This document shows positions 26,073 to 39,110 of a stretch of 64,000 nt of DNA, piece by piece. The first letter of the stretch is position 1, and each line of letters starts with the position of its first letter. The stretch is from NCBI RefSeq assembly GCF_009914755.1, contig NC_060934.1; one strand, 5' to 3'. Origin of the DNA: the human T2T-CHM13v2.0 reference genome, Homo sapiens. A model generated the notes under the pieces. It was not told the origin of the DNA and did no database searches. It saw only the letters and a program-made list of their open reading frames with translations. The translations under genes and the position numbers were made by a program.

Positions 26073-27295
26073 CCTGCGGGAGGAAGCTTCCCTGGAAGGG
26101 CTGGGCTGCAGGAGGGGCTACAAAAGAGTGCAAGAGCTAACCATGTGGCCCGGCCCTGGGGAAGCTCTCTGGAAAGGGAGAATGGTTTTGCACAAACTGG
26201 AATCGTGAGGTCCTTCCTACAGTCCCGTGGCTCCTGGAAAGCATCGTGGTCGCGAAGAGCTGGCGGAGAGAAGCGGCTCCCAGCGCTTAGCCGGCCTGTC
26301 GGAGCTTCCTCTGCCTGTCAGCGCCCTCGCCTCTTAGCACATGTTTTCAAGGTCATCTCCTAACACCGGCTGCCAGTTGCCCAATCGATAGAAGCAACAT
26401 CACACTCTTTCCTTAAAAAGGGAAAAACAAAGCTGCTTTCGATAAAGCCTCATCATCCTATAGCTTCTCCGAGAGCCTCCACAGCAGCCACTCCAGTCCA
26501 GATGCGCTAAACTGTCAGGGCCACGGCAGGGTCAAAATGGGCTTTGATGCTCTCTAGCACGTGCACAGAATGGGATTGTAACGTGTTCTGCAAAAGGAAA
26601 AGCCATCACTGGAGAACCCGCATGCTCTGGGAGACGCTATCACTGACAATTCCAGAAACATTTTCTCCTTGTATGAAATGAAGGTGCTGAGAAGAAAATA
26701 CAATTTCTTTTTAAACCAAACACTGCCTGCCTTAACGCCTGAATTCTAGGGAAGGGCACAACTCAGGTCTGGGCTGGCTGGTCCTGCTGGATAGAAAAAG
26801 ACCTTGCCAGGCCTCTTGGTTGAGAGAGAAGAGGCTGCAGGATATGGTCAGGAAAGAGAAAGGAAAGCAGAAAGAGCTTATCTGTTCTGCCAACCCAATT
26901 GGCAGCAGCTGGGGAGTGGCCAAGACTGGGGTGGGGGAAGGGGCAGTAAGGAAAGAACAGGGTCATACAGTGAGGCTGTGACCAGGCGGAGAAGGGCCAA
27001 AATACAGTAGCAAACAATGCCTATGGGGAGGCCCAGACAACAACACAGTCCCCATGGTGCAGGGATGTCAGATGGATCCTGAGAACGATGAGGCCAGGAG
27101 CCCATACAAAATTGCATCCTGTACTACAGTGACTTAGAATCTCTCTCTGCTTCCCCAAAACCTTCACTAAAGCTGGCTACACACACAGCCTTGGGCTAGA
27201 AGAACTCCAGGGAAATGAAGGATGGGCAAGTTATCCTGAAGGGGGTGAGGATGGTGGGAAGGGGAGCACTCAAGAACTCGGCGGGAGTGGAGTCA

Positions 27296-27775
<480 letters not shown>

Positions 27776-29099
27776 TCACACACATATATCCAACTTCCTG
27801 TTTTCTGACATTACTATGGTGAAAGGAAGTCAGTCGTGTCTTACATTAACTTTGTTGTGTATAAATATTGTTTGGAAGTCCATTCTGTGTGCCTTTGCAC
27901 ATGTCGAGAGTGATAAGGAAGTTATTTATAACACTTTGGAATGAGGAGGGACATGAAGAATGATGGCTTCCCTCCTGTGTTCCCTCTTTGCAGCTGCTCT
28001 GAGTGTGCTGAGCCTCCTCTCTGCTGCAGAGAGCCAGCCACCATCGACTGTGGGACTGAGGGTCTGGCAAAGGAGAAGCAGGGACTCCTGGAGGAAGAGG
28101 ACGTCCTCGTCTGCCCAGTGATTAAGCCACGCTGCTTATAGAGAAATACTTCTTCCCTGGGTGAGAAGGAGTCAGAATGAGGAGGTTTGACTCCCTTTCT
28201 GAAAGACAGATTGGCTTACTACCAGGTTATCCAAATGAAGAATTCCATTTCTGAAGCACCTCATACTTGGCTTCTACCTGGAGGGACCCCAGTTCTCAGC
28301 TGTTTTCACATCTTTGTGGAAGTATATGGGGCTCTTTCCTGGCATAAAACAGATGTTGGAATAAAGTGAGCCTGAGCGGGCATATCTGGGAAAACGAAGT
28401 TATTCAAGGAAAGCTTGTACTTTCTAAGTGAAGGTGCATTGTTCCCTGTTGTTTAAAAGCAGCTGTAAGAACGGGCTGCTGAGGGCCATGCGACCCCAGG
28501 GAGGGACTGGCTTACCCAATAAGCAGACGTGACAACACCTAAGAACCGTGTTCCTTTGTCTCTAGTTGATCACCTGAACAAAAGGAACAGCCTCAAATGT
28601 TTCTGGAAAGTGATTGTACATGCTACAAGTTCTTCAAGTCTTGGAAACTCCTGAATAAAGAATTACCTAAGCCTATGAGAGCATTTGGCCCAAACCACGT
28701 TACCAGTCCTAAAAAGAAAAAGTGCAATAAAACAGCTTAAGTCAGAGTTGTGAGTAAATACACCTATTCTTTTGAGATTCGGTCTTGATGATCAAGGGTT
28801 ACTCTGGTTAAAAGAAAATGAAGCCAAATAAGGGCAGATGGAAATATCAAAGGCACTGATAAATCAATAGAAATATCTCTCTAGGATGAGCAATGCTGGA
28901 GGAGGATGGTCTCTTGGTCACTGGAACTTCATTGCCATTGACTATAGTGAAAAAGAAAAAAAGACAGAATTATAATTGAACCTCATAATATCCTCTCTGC
29001 CTTGCAGAAATAATTAACTTTTTTCTAAAATAATTTGTGTCTTCATCATTTTTCACCACTAAAAATAATTATTTTTAAAGTAAATATAAAGAGTAAAAA

Positions 29100-31075
29100 C
29101 TGGACTCCCAGTTAACTGTAGCAGACGAAACACACTTGTTTCTCTCCATTTCTTCCTGAAGTGCCACTAAAATGATAGTAATGGAATTAGAAAAAGTCAT
29201 GAACTCATAAAGACAAAGCAACAGGACAGGGGATGACAGTCAACAAGAAAAGACACCAAGTTTTGGGTGCTAGAACGCAGATGGATGAGTGTACACACTG
29301 AGAATAATCCAAACAGCTGAAACCTACCTTCCTAATAATAATGAAGTCAATTTATGCCATAAAACTCCAGAAAGGCTTAGATTTGGAGGCACTTGGTACC
29401 TCTGCAGGCATCAGTACAGGTAATGATTGGAAAACCAGAAGCAATTGGAAACCTCTATAAAGAGCCCTTAAAATAATAAATGATAAAGGGCCCTTAGACT
29501 CCCAATTCTTCTACCATAACCAGGCTGCCTAGCAACTGTCCCCTACCCCAACCTTGGCAGAAGACAGACAGAAGATTGTTCTCTGGGAGGCTGAACCTGA
29601 GACTGTCTAGACTTGGGGACACCAGGCCACTGGAGGGTCAAAGTGAGGTGCCATATTGAAAGCAGGAAATTGAGAGTCTTAGTACTGAATGCCGAGATTC
29701 CTAGTTTGCTTCTCCTCTCAGCTCTGAGAACTTACAGCCTCCAGATAAGCATTTGGGGAATTTTCCTCTGAAGAAACTGGCCCACCCAGAAGAGACTCTC
29801 TGAGCTGAATTATGCCCCACCATGTGGCATCAGTGTTGCCTGAATACTGGATGGCAGGGCTACCAGTCAAGAAGCCCCATCACAGAGAGCATTTCCAGGA
29901 AATTGTGTAGCGCCTTGCACCCAACAGCTACAGTCTCCATATATTTGAGAAAAGCCGTTAATCTGAAAGACTGAGGTCAAAATAAATGAACAGCGTGAGA
30001 CAAAGAACTTTTAGGAAACAGACACAATGAAGTGAACAGAAAAAAATGTCAAATAAATATGCAATTAATATTCTCAGAGACGAGAGCCTTTTGCATTCAT
30101 GAAACAAGAATGTAACACTTTTTTTTAAAAAAAGGAATATTCAGAAACTAAAGAGTTCTTGCAAATTTAAAACATAGTAAAAAGTGTTTTTTAATGCAAG
30201 AGGAGATTTAGAAGATAAAATTGAGGAAATCTCCAAGAAAGTAGGACAAAATGTTAAAGAGATGAAAAATAGGAGGGAAAAAGATAAGAAGCTTAAGAGG
30301 ATTAATCAAGGAGGTCTAATATTTGAATGGTAGGAGTGTTATGAAGAGAAAGCAAAGTAAGTGAGTAGGAGATAATGAAGAACTATTGTTTTATAAAAAT
30401 GTCCTTAGAGCTAAAGGCCATTGGTCACTAGATTTAAGCTCACCAAATTTACAGTCTAATGAAAATAAATAGTCTCACATTGAAGCACATTATTATAAGA
30501 TTTTAGGACACCAGTAATAAAAGGGAGATTCTAAATGTTTTCTGCAATGATGAGGAGGACATAATTCACATACCAAAAAAGAAAAAAGAATGAGGGTTCT
30601 CCCCAGGAATACGGGAAGCAAGGTGACCATGGAGCAGGGCCTCCAGATTCTAAAGCAAGATCATTTACCGTCTAGACTTCTACACCCAATGAAGTATGAG
30701 GCGTTGTTGTCAGGTTATGAGTGCAGAATCAACATTTTCAGGTATGCAAGATCTCAAAAGCTTATCTCACATAGACCTTTTCCTAGAATGTTACCAGAAA
30801 ACTAAAGCAAGAGAGGAGAGGACTCTGAGAAGGATGCCTACCATTAACAAATGGAAAGGATTAATCACCTGATGCGTACCTGCGCTAAGAGAAGTTTTAT
30901 ACCCCAGGCAAATATTTGGAATATAAAGCAAATAGAAAATTAAGCAAATTAAAGAATGATGCAATTACTAACTACAGGAAAAAAGGTTTTCAATAAAATA
31001 AATGTAATGAAAGTAAATAGTTCTGTACCATATTAGCAGTCATGATAATATAAATCCTGAGTATTGCTTTGATCT
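29100..31075 (+). mobile_element. HAL1 (half-L1) / ancient L1 ORF1-type element
   Basis: Degenerate ORF1-like A-rich blocks (TTAGAAGATAAAATTGAGGAAATCTC, GGAGGTCTAATATT, TTTTCAGGTATGCAAGATCTCAAAAG), then a HAL1-type tail GCAATTACTAACTACAGG...GTCATGATAATATAAATCCTGAGTATTG with no ORF2. Confidence 0.7.
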
Positions 31076-31464
31076 GCCTTACCTTCCCACAAAGAAGTAA
31101 CCTTTATAGTACCTTTACCAGAAGAGGGGCTTTTCTTCTATGAAGTAGAGGTGGAACTCATTATATTGGGAAAAAAGATAAAAAACAAATTCTGGAAAAA
31201 TGATTTGACAGGCAACCTTTTTTTCTCAAGGGGAGCACAGTTTTCCTTTTAATGAGACCCTGGCTTTTGAGGGTTGAATTGAGTAACAGTAAATGTATTT
31301 TCTGGGATGTCAGAACTTCTAGATTAGGGTTCAGATCTTGGTTGTGGCTTAACTTGTTCTTAGTTGTAGGTTTCTTGCCTTGTCATTTCAGGTCAACATT
31401 TAGACTGCATTTGCCTAACTGACGAAATAATCAAATTATGTACACTGTCCATTGTCCCTTCATT

Positions 31465-32088
31465 TGTTAGGATAAGAGTTTGGCTGCTTTAAGAGAGAAA
31501 TAAAATAACAGTCCTGGTGAGGTGGTACAGGGTGAATGTGGTGGTCTCGTGCTATAGGGGCCCAGGCCCTTCTCTCTGGTCCCTTCCATCTCTAGAGGCC
31601 ATATTGTACAGCAGTTAAGAGCATAGGCTCTGAAGCCAGGCTGCCTGGATGAAAGTCTCTACTCTGCCATTTACTCTGTGCCTCAGTTTCCTCATCTGTA
31701 ACATGGACATCATAGTAGTGCCAGCTTCATAAAGCTGTGAGATCTCAGGTGTAAAGCACTCTGAGCAGTGCCTAGCAGACACGAAGTGCTGCATAGGTGG
31801 TGGCGATCACTGATCCACACTGAGGTCTGCCCTCTTCACTGGTCCAAGATGCCTCCTCACCACGCACCTATGGCAACCAGCAGCTAGAACCTAACCTCTC
31901 TCTTACAGTTACAACAGGAGATCATCTGCATCCCATTGGTTGGAACTTAAGGACGTGGCCTCAACAAGTTGCAAGGGCAGAGGAAAACGTAACCTTCTTC
32001 CTAGGCACTCAAGCGCTCCTAAAAATCTCATCACTGGGAAAGGAGTTGGCAAAGGGTATTGGAGGACAGCTAGCAGTCTTTGTCACCA
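31465..32088 (-). mobile_element. MLT1K-like MaLR LTR containing a MIR
   Basis: GTTAGGATAAGAGTTTGGCTGC start; end GGGTATTGGAGGACAGCTAGCAGTCTTTGTCAC is the reverse complement of an MLT1K 5' end. Confidence 0.65.
31607..31803 (+). mobile_element. MIR SINE
   Basis: GTTAAGAGCATAGGCTCTGAAGCCAGGCTGCCTGG...GTGCCTCAGTTTCCTCATCTGTAA. Confidence 0.85.
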
Positions 32089-34089
32089 TACCTGTTAGGT
32101 GTGTCCCAAGGTCCCCATTTATATCCGTAAGTCAAAAGACAAATATATCTAAGCATTGACCTACTAATGCATTCGTAATGTGTCCTACATTAAAATGAGG
32201 TTGTATTTAATTTTGCTTGTTATGCCTTGATTTTTACTCAACTCAGAGATTAATTCTCATCAACCCTGTTAAAAACAAGGTAGAGGACAACTCGTACGAT
32301 GGAACCAGGTGCAAAATATCACTTACATTTTTATCTAGTTTTATCACAGTGAGTTCTGGTACATTTTTCATTTTTAAAAGGTGGGCATTAGATTCTAGGA
32401 GACAAGCAATCCTAGTTTTATCAACACAGCTATGGGATATTGGAACTACCAAAGCAGAAATCTCATATAGAAACCTTGTACATTCATTCGCCATGACTAA
32501 CTTTTCTGTCTTGTGGAATTGAAAGTTATAAGAATGGCTTTCTTTAAAGCAATATAGAAACTTTTTTATTGCAAACAGCTAAATAAAGGCTGGCAAAAAC
32601 AATAGGTTCATTTTTTACTGCAGATCTTCAAATTATAGGAAACTTGTCTCTTGGCCAATTTGGGCTGGCTTGGAGCCAAAATAGATGTCTCCATTCTCAT
32701 CCTCACCCTTATACTTATTGTGGGCAAGATAAAAACCCTTAATTTTAAAAACTCGAGCCAAGTGTTGGGTATGAGGCAGAGTGACTCCCTTAACTATACT
32801 GGTCCTGAAAAAAAAAATTGTATTACTTTATACCAGTTCACTTTTTTTTTTCAGTTTTTAGAAATTGAGTACTGAGAACAAGAAACTTTAACAAAAGGGA
32901 GATTCAAATATTTTGATGGTCTATTATAAATCAAGTTTTAATAACTAGAGGTATATACAAGTACAATCAATCAATGAGAAATACTCACTGGTTAAATACT
33001 TCTGATCAAGTCCTTTTCTCTAGGTGAGTTGGCCCTGAGAAAATTAGCAGGCATCTTTCCATTTCAAAGCACAAAAGGCTTCTCTTCTGTTTTTAGCCAT
33101 GTCACCCTCCCGCCTTTTTTTAATTAACAAGATTTGAGATCATTTGGCAAATTGTAACCATAAAAGTGAATATCGTGATTGGATGATGTTTTATAACTTG
33201 AAAAATAAATCTCACCGCTTTTCTTCCTGTGTACTTCATAAATGTCGCTTCCTCTTCACTTCATATTTATCTTGCTTTCAAAATCCATTATGCAATTGTC
33301 ATTTCATTGAAATCAAAAACTGTCTCTTAATTACATAAGAATGGATTATAAATCAGTTATTCATCTCTCTATATGTTCCTTTTATAATGATTATAGCTAA
33401 ATACCTATTTTTATACACAAAAAAACAAAGTGGATTTTACCAGGTTAAAATTAGGACTTGCAAAATTCTGCAGCCTAGAAGACAAAACAAAGCCATATAC
33501 AATGCATCTAGTTTGTGATAATAATGCGATCTTGCACTGATGAAATACTGCAAAGCTTGTTAAGTCAATGGCTTTGGAGAAGACAATGGAATCTGCATTT
33601 CCTCCCTCGACTGAGTTAAATTTAGAAGGGAAAGGTAAGCCATACTTCCAACAGGAATTAGAAAACACTGCAGTTGGTGATGTTACAGGGACGATCCTCT
33701 TGCAGCCTAACTTGCAATAAATGGACCTTCATAAGACTCGAGTCTGCTGCATATCCTGGTAATTAATCATACGGAGGCACCAAGCCTTAAGTATTAAACA
33801 CTCTCTAAATGGGAAAAAAATTGCTGTATTGCTAAGCACTAGGACTTGATTCATTTAGTATTAACTTTCAGTCTTTATTAAAGTGGCTTTAATTTTATTT
33901 GTGTGATGTTAGTGCATTTCTGGAAAAATAAACACCGAGGTTTTTTAGCTGATTGTACCCGATACGCTCCTGATTCAAATTGTAAGCTGCATGCTATTTT
34001 CCAGGAGAAATAAAGATCCCCATTTTTTAAAGCTTATTTTTAAAAACATGCCATAATGGTAAGTTGCATTTCAATATCCTGTGAAAAGT

Positions 34090-34440
34090 GTGTACTGAGG
34101 ACAGCACAGTGGCAGGCACCGGGCTGGGAACAGAACATGCAATGATGCTCAGGTGTGGGCACTTGGTCCAGGTTGCCCACAGCCCAGATGGGAGGCAGGG
34201 AGGATTCAAGTAACTGTCCTCTGATGCAATCGAGAGTGTGCAGACACGGTAGACAGATCTGTTTTACTGGAGGGATCCAGGGCAGCTTCCTAGAGGAAGC
34301 ACACTTTAGTTCAGCTGTGAAGAGTAAGCAGGAATTTAGTGCCGGGGCAGGGCTGGAAGGGGAGCACCCTTAGGACAGGAGCACTCTCAGGATGGGTGGG
34401 GCAGAGCAGCTCATGGCATAGCGTGGGCTGCACCGAAGGC
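34090..34440 (-). mobile_element. L2 fragment
   Basis: CAGGGCAGCTTCCTAGAGGAAG...TGAAGAGTAAGCAGGAATTTAG antisense L2 blocks. Confidence 0.55.
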
Positions 34441-36685
34441 ACAAACCAACGCACAGGCCGCTTGTGGTCTAGCAGCCATTGTCTCCAGCATCCCCACACT
34501 CAGCAGAACCGAGGCCAGCCCTGGTAGATCCAGATTCCTGGGGAAGCATGAAAGCTCCTGGCCCCAACCCCAGCAACTTTCCAGCAGCCCCCAGACAGTC
34601 TGGCTTACCATCAGAGCCCTGCCTGCGACCTTGTGGATTGGGGATTTGTGGTTCTGGTTGGCTCCAGACATAGCCCTTTTCCCAAAGGAGGACTGGAAGC
34701 CAATCCAGAGCCAGCCAGTCCTGCAGCCTCTCGGGGCTGGGCCTCAGCAGGTGTCTGCAGAACCTGCACCGTCAAGCACTCCCAAATTAAGAGGGGCACT
34801 GGGCCCCGGGCCCCTGAAGTCTTTCCCCACTCCACCTGCATTCCCATCCCCTGGAGCCCTCATGTTAGGCCACTACCCATCAGGGGCTTACATGAGACCA
34901 TGAGAGCCTGCCCTCCTCCACTTTTGGCCACAGACGACTCCAGAGATGTCCATGGACGCTGACTTGGTGCTAGACCCAGGGACAGATGCCAGGGAGTTTG
35001 CAACGCATCGGCCGGTCAGTTGGGAAGTCACATACAGAGAGAGCATCTTTGGGTTCGCTCTAAGCTCCCTCCTCTCCCCACTGCCCTTCCCTTCCTCCCT
35101 GGGTGACCATAAATGTTCCTGCATTATCTATTGATGATTATAATCACACGAAGTCAGGACAGATGGGCTCCACTCCTCAGCTCACAGCCATAAAGTTTAC
35201 AAACTCGCCATGGCCGGGGGATAAATTACCATTGCTGATCTCTCGCTCATTTACACCGAGCATTTTTCTTCAAGATGGCTATTTTTTCCTTTCAATCATC
35301 TGGCCAAAGTTTTTTTTTTTTTTTTAAACCAACTTGATTTTATAGAACATGAGAAATATTGGGGATTTGAAGAGCAGTTTAGAAACCATCATCATAAGTG
35401 ATTAGGCAAAAAAGATATTTCTGAACATGGAAAGGAAGCCCAGTTTCTCATCCTTTATAATCCCACGGGACTGCTGAGCAACTGTGTATTCCCGCTGGGT
35501 CACAGGCAGTGAGAAATGGGCCCCCAATGGTTTATTTAAAAGTGTGTTGTCGAAGATAATGGTGCTCAGATTAAGTTTTTAGTCTCCTTGATAACTGCTG
35601 TTGTTCCATGGACTAATTATGTCTACCTTCGATTCACTAATGTGGCCCAATCAAGCTCCTCATATGGGATGATATTTCTGGTGGTTGTTTTCTAGATTCT
35701 CCACGCCCCCCCAACAATGGTACCAGCGGGTATTGTGTAACACTACAGAAAAGGAATGATTAATTCAAAGTTCAGGTGCAAGACAGGGTCAGAAAAGAAA
35801 TACTCCTGGATAGAGTGAGCATTTCAAGATGAATTTGTGACTTGAAACATCATTTTATGACGCATTTTCTATTTTGTTATCATGGGAAGTGTGATGGCTG
35901 ACACACGAATGATCACAGCATTTTGGTGCCATGTTCTGTGATAGGCTTTTCATAAAAATTAGCTGACATTGTCATGAGCACACAAGTAAATTTATAGCTT
36001 TCATACTGGACTGCCATTCCCAGAGCAATTTCCAATCACTTGCGCTTTTTATTAAGTTTATTGTACTTTTATTGTTCAGTGGAGTGTAAGCAGTGAGATT
36101 ACAAATAAATGTAAGTTCCACTGGATATGAAGTGGAGCTTGTAGAATTAGGAGAGAAGGGGGTGAAGGAAGCCACACAGTAATCTGAATCACTGGTGATA
36201 GGAAACACCACCCACTGATGTTTCTTGTCACCTGCTTCTGTACAGAAGTTTAGGAAATTGACATTCCATTCACATTCAAGTTTTCCCGGAAAGCCCTCCT
36301 AGGAGAAGCCTTTGTGGAAAACTTGGTACTGCACATCACTCTGTAATGCAAAGAAAATGCATCCTGCTGTCACTCCTCTGGGTTCCTTTTCTGTTTGTTG
36401 CTGTGGCTTCCTGCTTGCTCCCTCCCCTGCCAGGTGTGTCATGCTGGCACAGTGAACATTCCCCTCCAAACTGGTGAGGACCCTGTTAGGAAGCACACTG
36501 GCCAGTGTGCCTGTGCACCCCACAATGACCAGCTTCCTTCCCATGCTTTCATTTAGTACTGAAGACACTGGGCCATTTAACTTTCCATTATGCCTTTATG
36601 TTTCCCCAAAGAAAGGGTTCATAATCACTAAAGTCCTACTGTTGGGTTTTTTTTTCAGCTGTTGATTTAAAGTTGTTAGTTAAGG

Positions 36686-37127
36686 TGTGTCAGGGTTCTC
36701 TAGAGGGACAGAATGAATAGGATAGGCGTATACATAAAGGGGAGTTTATTAAGGAGTATTGACTTGCACGATCATAAGTTGAGGTCTCACTTTAGGCCAT
36801 CTGCAAGCCGCAGAGCAAAGAAGCCAGTCAGAATCCCAAAGCTGAATAACTTGGAGTCCGATGTTCGAGGGCAGGAAGCATCCAGCATGGGAGAAAGACG
36901 TAGGCTGGGAGGCTAGGTCCATCTAGTTTTTCCACGTTCTTCTGCTTGCTTTTATTCTGACCACACTGGCAGCTGATTAGATGGTGCCCACCCAGGGTGG
37001 GTCTTCCTTTCCCACCCCACTGACTCAAATGTTAATCTCCTTTGGCAACACCCACACAGACACACCCAGGAACATTACTTTGCATCCTTCAATCCAATCA
37101 AGTTGACACTCAGTATTTACCATCATA
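36686..37127 (-). mobile_element. MLT2A (HERV-L) solo LTR
   Basis: GTCAGGGTTCTCTAGAGGGACAGAA...GGAGTCCGATGTTCGAGGGCAGGAAGCATCCAGCATGGGAGAAAG...CAATCAAGTTGACACTCAGTATTTACCATCA. Confidence 0.92.
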
Positions 37128-37269
37128 CAGGGTGAGAACAGAGATTGGAAGGGGGCGGGGAACCCTGTGCCTGTACAACCCTTCTCCTATCTTAGAGGTC
37201 CAGAAATCACTACCCTGCCTTTTGTTGTTGTGTGTTAGGAAGGTGAACTTTTAATTTTAGTGGGCATCT

Positions 37270-37818
37270 GTGTGCAGACACTGTGGGTCACCAAATCCCC
37301 CCTCGTACTTCCTAACAGACTCCCCTTTTGTCTTCAGCTCCAGGTGATGGATCATAATTGGCCCAAACCAATCATCTCAATGTTCTTCCCCATTTTCCCA
37401 GTCTCCCTTGTTCTTAAAAGTGGCCAGGAAACCTAATTCCAGGCAACAAGATTTACACAAAAGTGTGCTGTGGGGTATGGAGCTAATTGTTTCTGGGACA
37501 GCTTCCCTGATTAAAGGGGACATTTGTTGATAGCATACTTCTTTTTCCTCTTCCTCATCTTTTCTGCCTTAAACCTGGAGTCCGTCTGGAGCTGTGGCAG
37601 CCATCTTGCAATCACGAGGCAAGAAGCTTCAGGACAAAAGCTGGCACACCAAGAATAAGGGACTGAAAAGATAAAACAGACCTGGCCGTGATGGCATTGG
37701 TAAGCAGGGGGACTAACACTGGCCTTGCCTCCCCACACATTCTATGGGAAAACCAAAGCCTCTGTTTAGGGCCAGCTGTCATTCGTCAGGTATTCCATGT
37801 CTGGCAGCCAAATGTGTT
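37270..37818 (+). mobile_element. Old MaLR LTR (MLT1K/L-like)
   Basis: TGTGTGCAGACACTG start; CTGGAGCTGTGGCAGCCATCTTG internal block. Confidence 0.65.
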
Positions 37819-37935
37819 CAGCATCAGCCTCATCTAGGGAGCTCATTAGAATGCAAATAGCCAGGCTCACTCCCAGAAATTCCCTCCCAATATGTCTATG
37901 ATCAGGCCTGGGAGCCAGCACAAGCATCCCAGGTC
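37819..37935. mobile_element. MER5A-like hAT-Charlie fragment
   Basis: CAGCATCAGCCTCATCTAGGGAGCTCATTAGAATGCAAAT. Confidence 0.55.
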
Positions 37936-38889
37936 ATTTTTATGCAGGTCATATCCTCAAAATACCCTTAGACACAAAGTACCCTTGGAGCACACAAACG
38001 GTAGCAATGGGAGGGTAAAGGGAAGAAGTCTGCCAGGGCGACAGGAACCAACCACGTGTTTCCCAGAATTTTTGTTCCCCGCAACCCCTTCTCAAACCTA
38101 CCAGGTAACACCTGTTGTTCTTGAGCAGCAAACTTAGAATACAAGGAAAATAAAACTGCTCCCACCCAGGATTAGGATGCTCTGATGGAAGGATGCTCTG
38201 ATGTGTGTTAGGAAGGTCTGGTGTCTTCATCCATCTTCCTGCCTCACCCTGGTGTTGATTCCACAAGGTCATCTCCAGCGGGTTGTGAACGTGGCCGCTC
38301 CAGAGAACATCGGCCTCACCCTATCCTCATTATGGCCAGCAGTCAGATCCTTCTACCACCCAGCCCCAGAGGACGCCCAGCCTCAATCCTTCCAGTGAGA
38401 GGCAGTAACGCCTTATTAGTTCAAGATGGGGGTCCCCAGGGTGTTGCAGCCCAACAACGCCGCCGCTTCCACAGTGATTGTGGACTACGTCCTGACTGCC
38501 CCTTGCAGAAAAGTAGGACTGGAACACCACTGGTAGGCATGGAGAAGCTGGGCTCCAGGGAGAGTGCAAGGAAGGGCCAAGAAGAAGCTGTGGGGAGACC
38601 GGAAGTCCAAAACGACACTTAGCCTCCACCAGTCACAGCTTGAGGTCAGAGAAAAAGGAATAGACAAGCCCCAGCACTGCAGAGCCACAGGCAGCACTGG
38701 AGTCCCCAGCAGTGCTGACAGAATGGCAGCTTCCTCATTCCACCCAGACAGCCCCACTGGATCAGCTCCCTGGAGGTAGGGCCCAAGAATCTGCATTATC
38801 TGCAAGTTGCCTACATTACCACACCTAGACCTTCCTCAAATTCATTTGGGGGATCATTTATCCCCAGTCACCATGACATTGGGGTCAGC

Positions 38890-39110
38890 CAGAGCTGCCT
38901 TTGAATTCCAGCGGGGACACTTCCTAAGCCTGTGGCTGTGAGACACTGTGGCATCCCTGACTAGGATGTGTGGACAATGGGATAATCATGGTACCCACAT
39001 TACCTACAGCCCCTAGAGAATCAGATGAGACTGTAGACACAGTGTACTTAACACAATGCTGCAAAGATGCACAGTGAGCATTCAGCAAGAGCTAATCACT
39101 TTTATGCCAT
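38890..39110 (+). mobile_element. MIR SINE
   Basis: TTTGAATTCCAGC...AATGGGATAATCATGGTACCCAC...GTACTTAACACAATGC. Confidence 0.6.

Noticed and set aside
37229-38217. Exact 16-mer TGTGTGTTAGGAAGGT at 37229 and 38202
   Set aside because: It does not extend and is compatible with chance.
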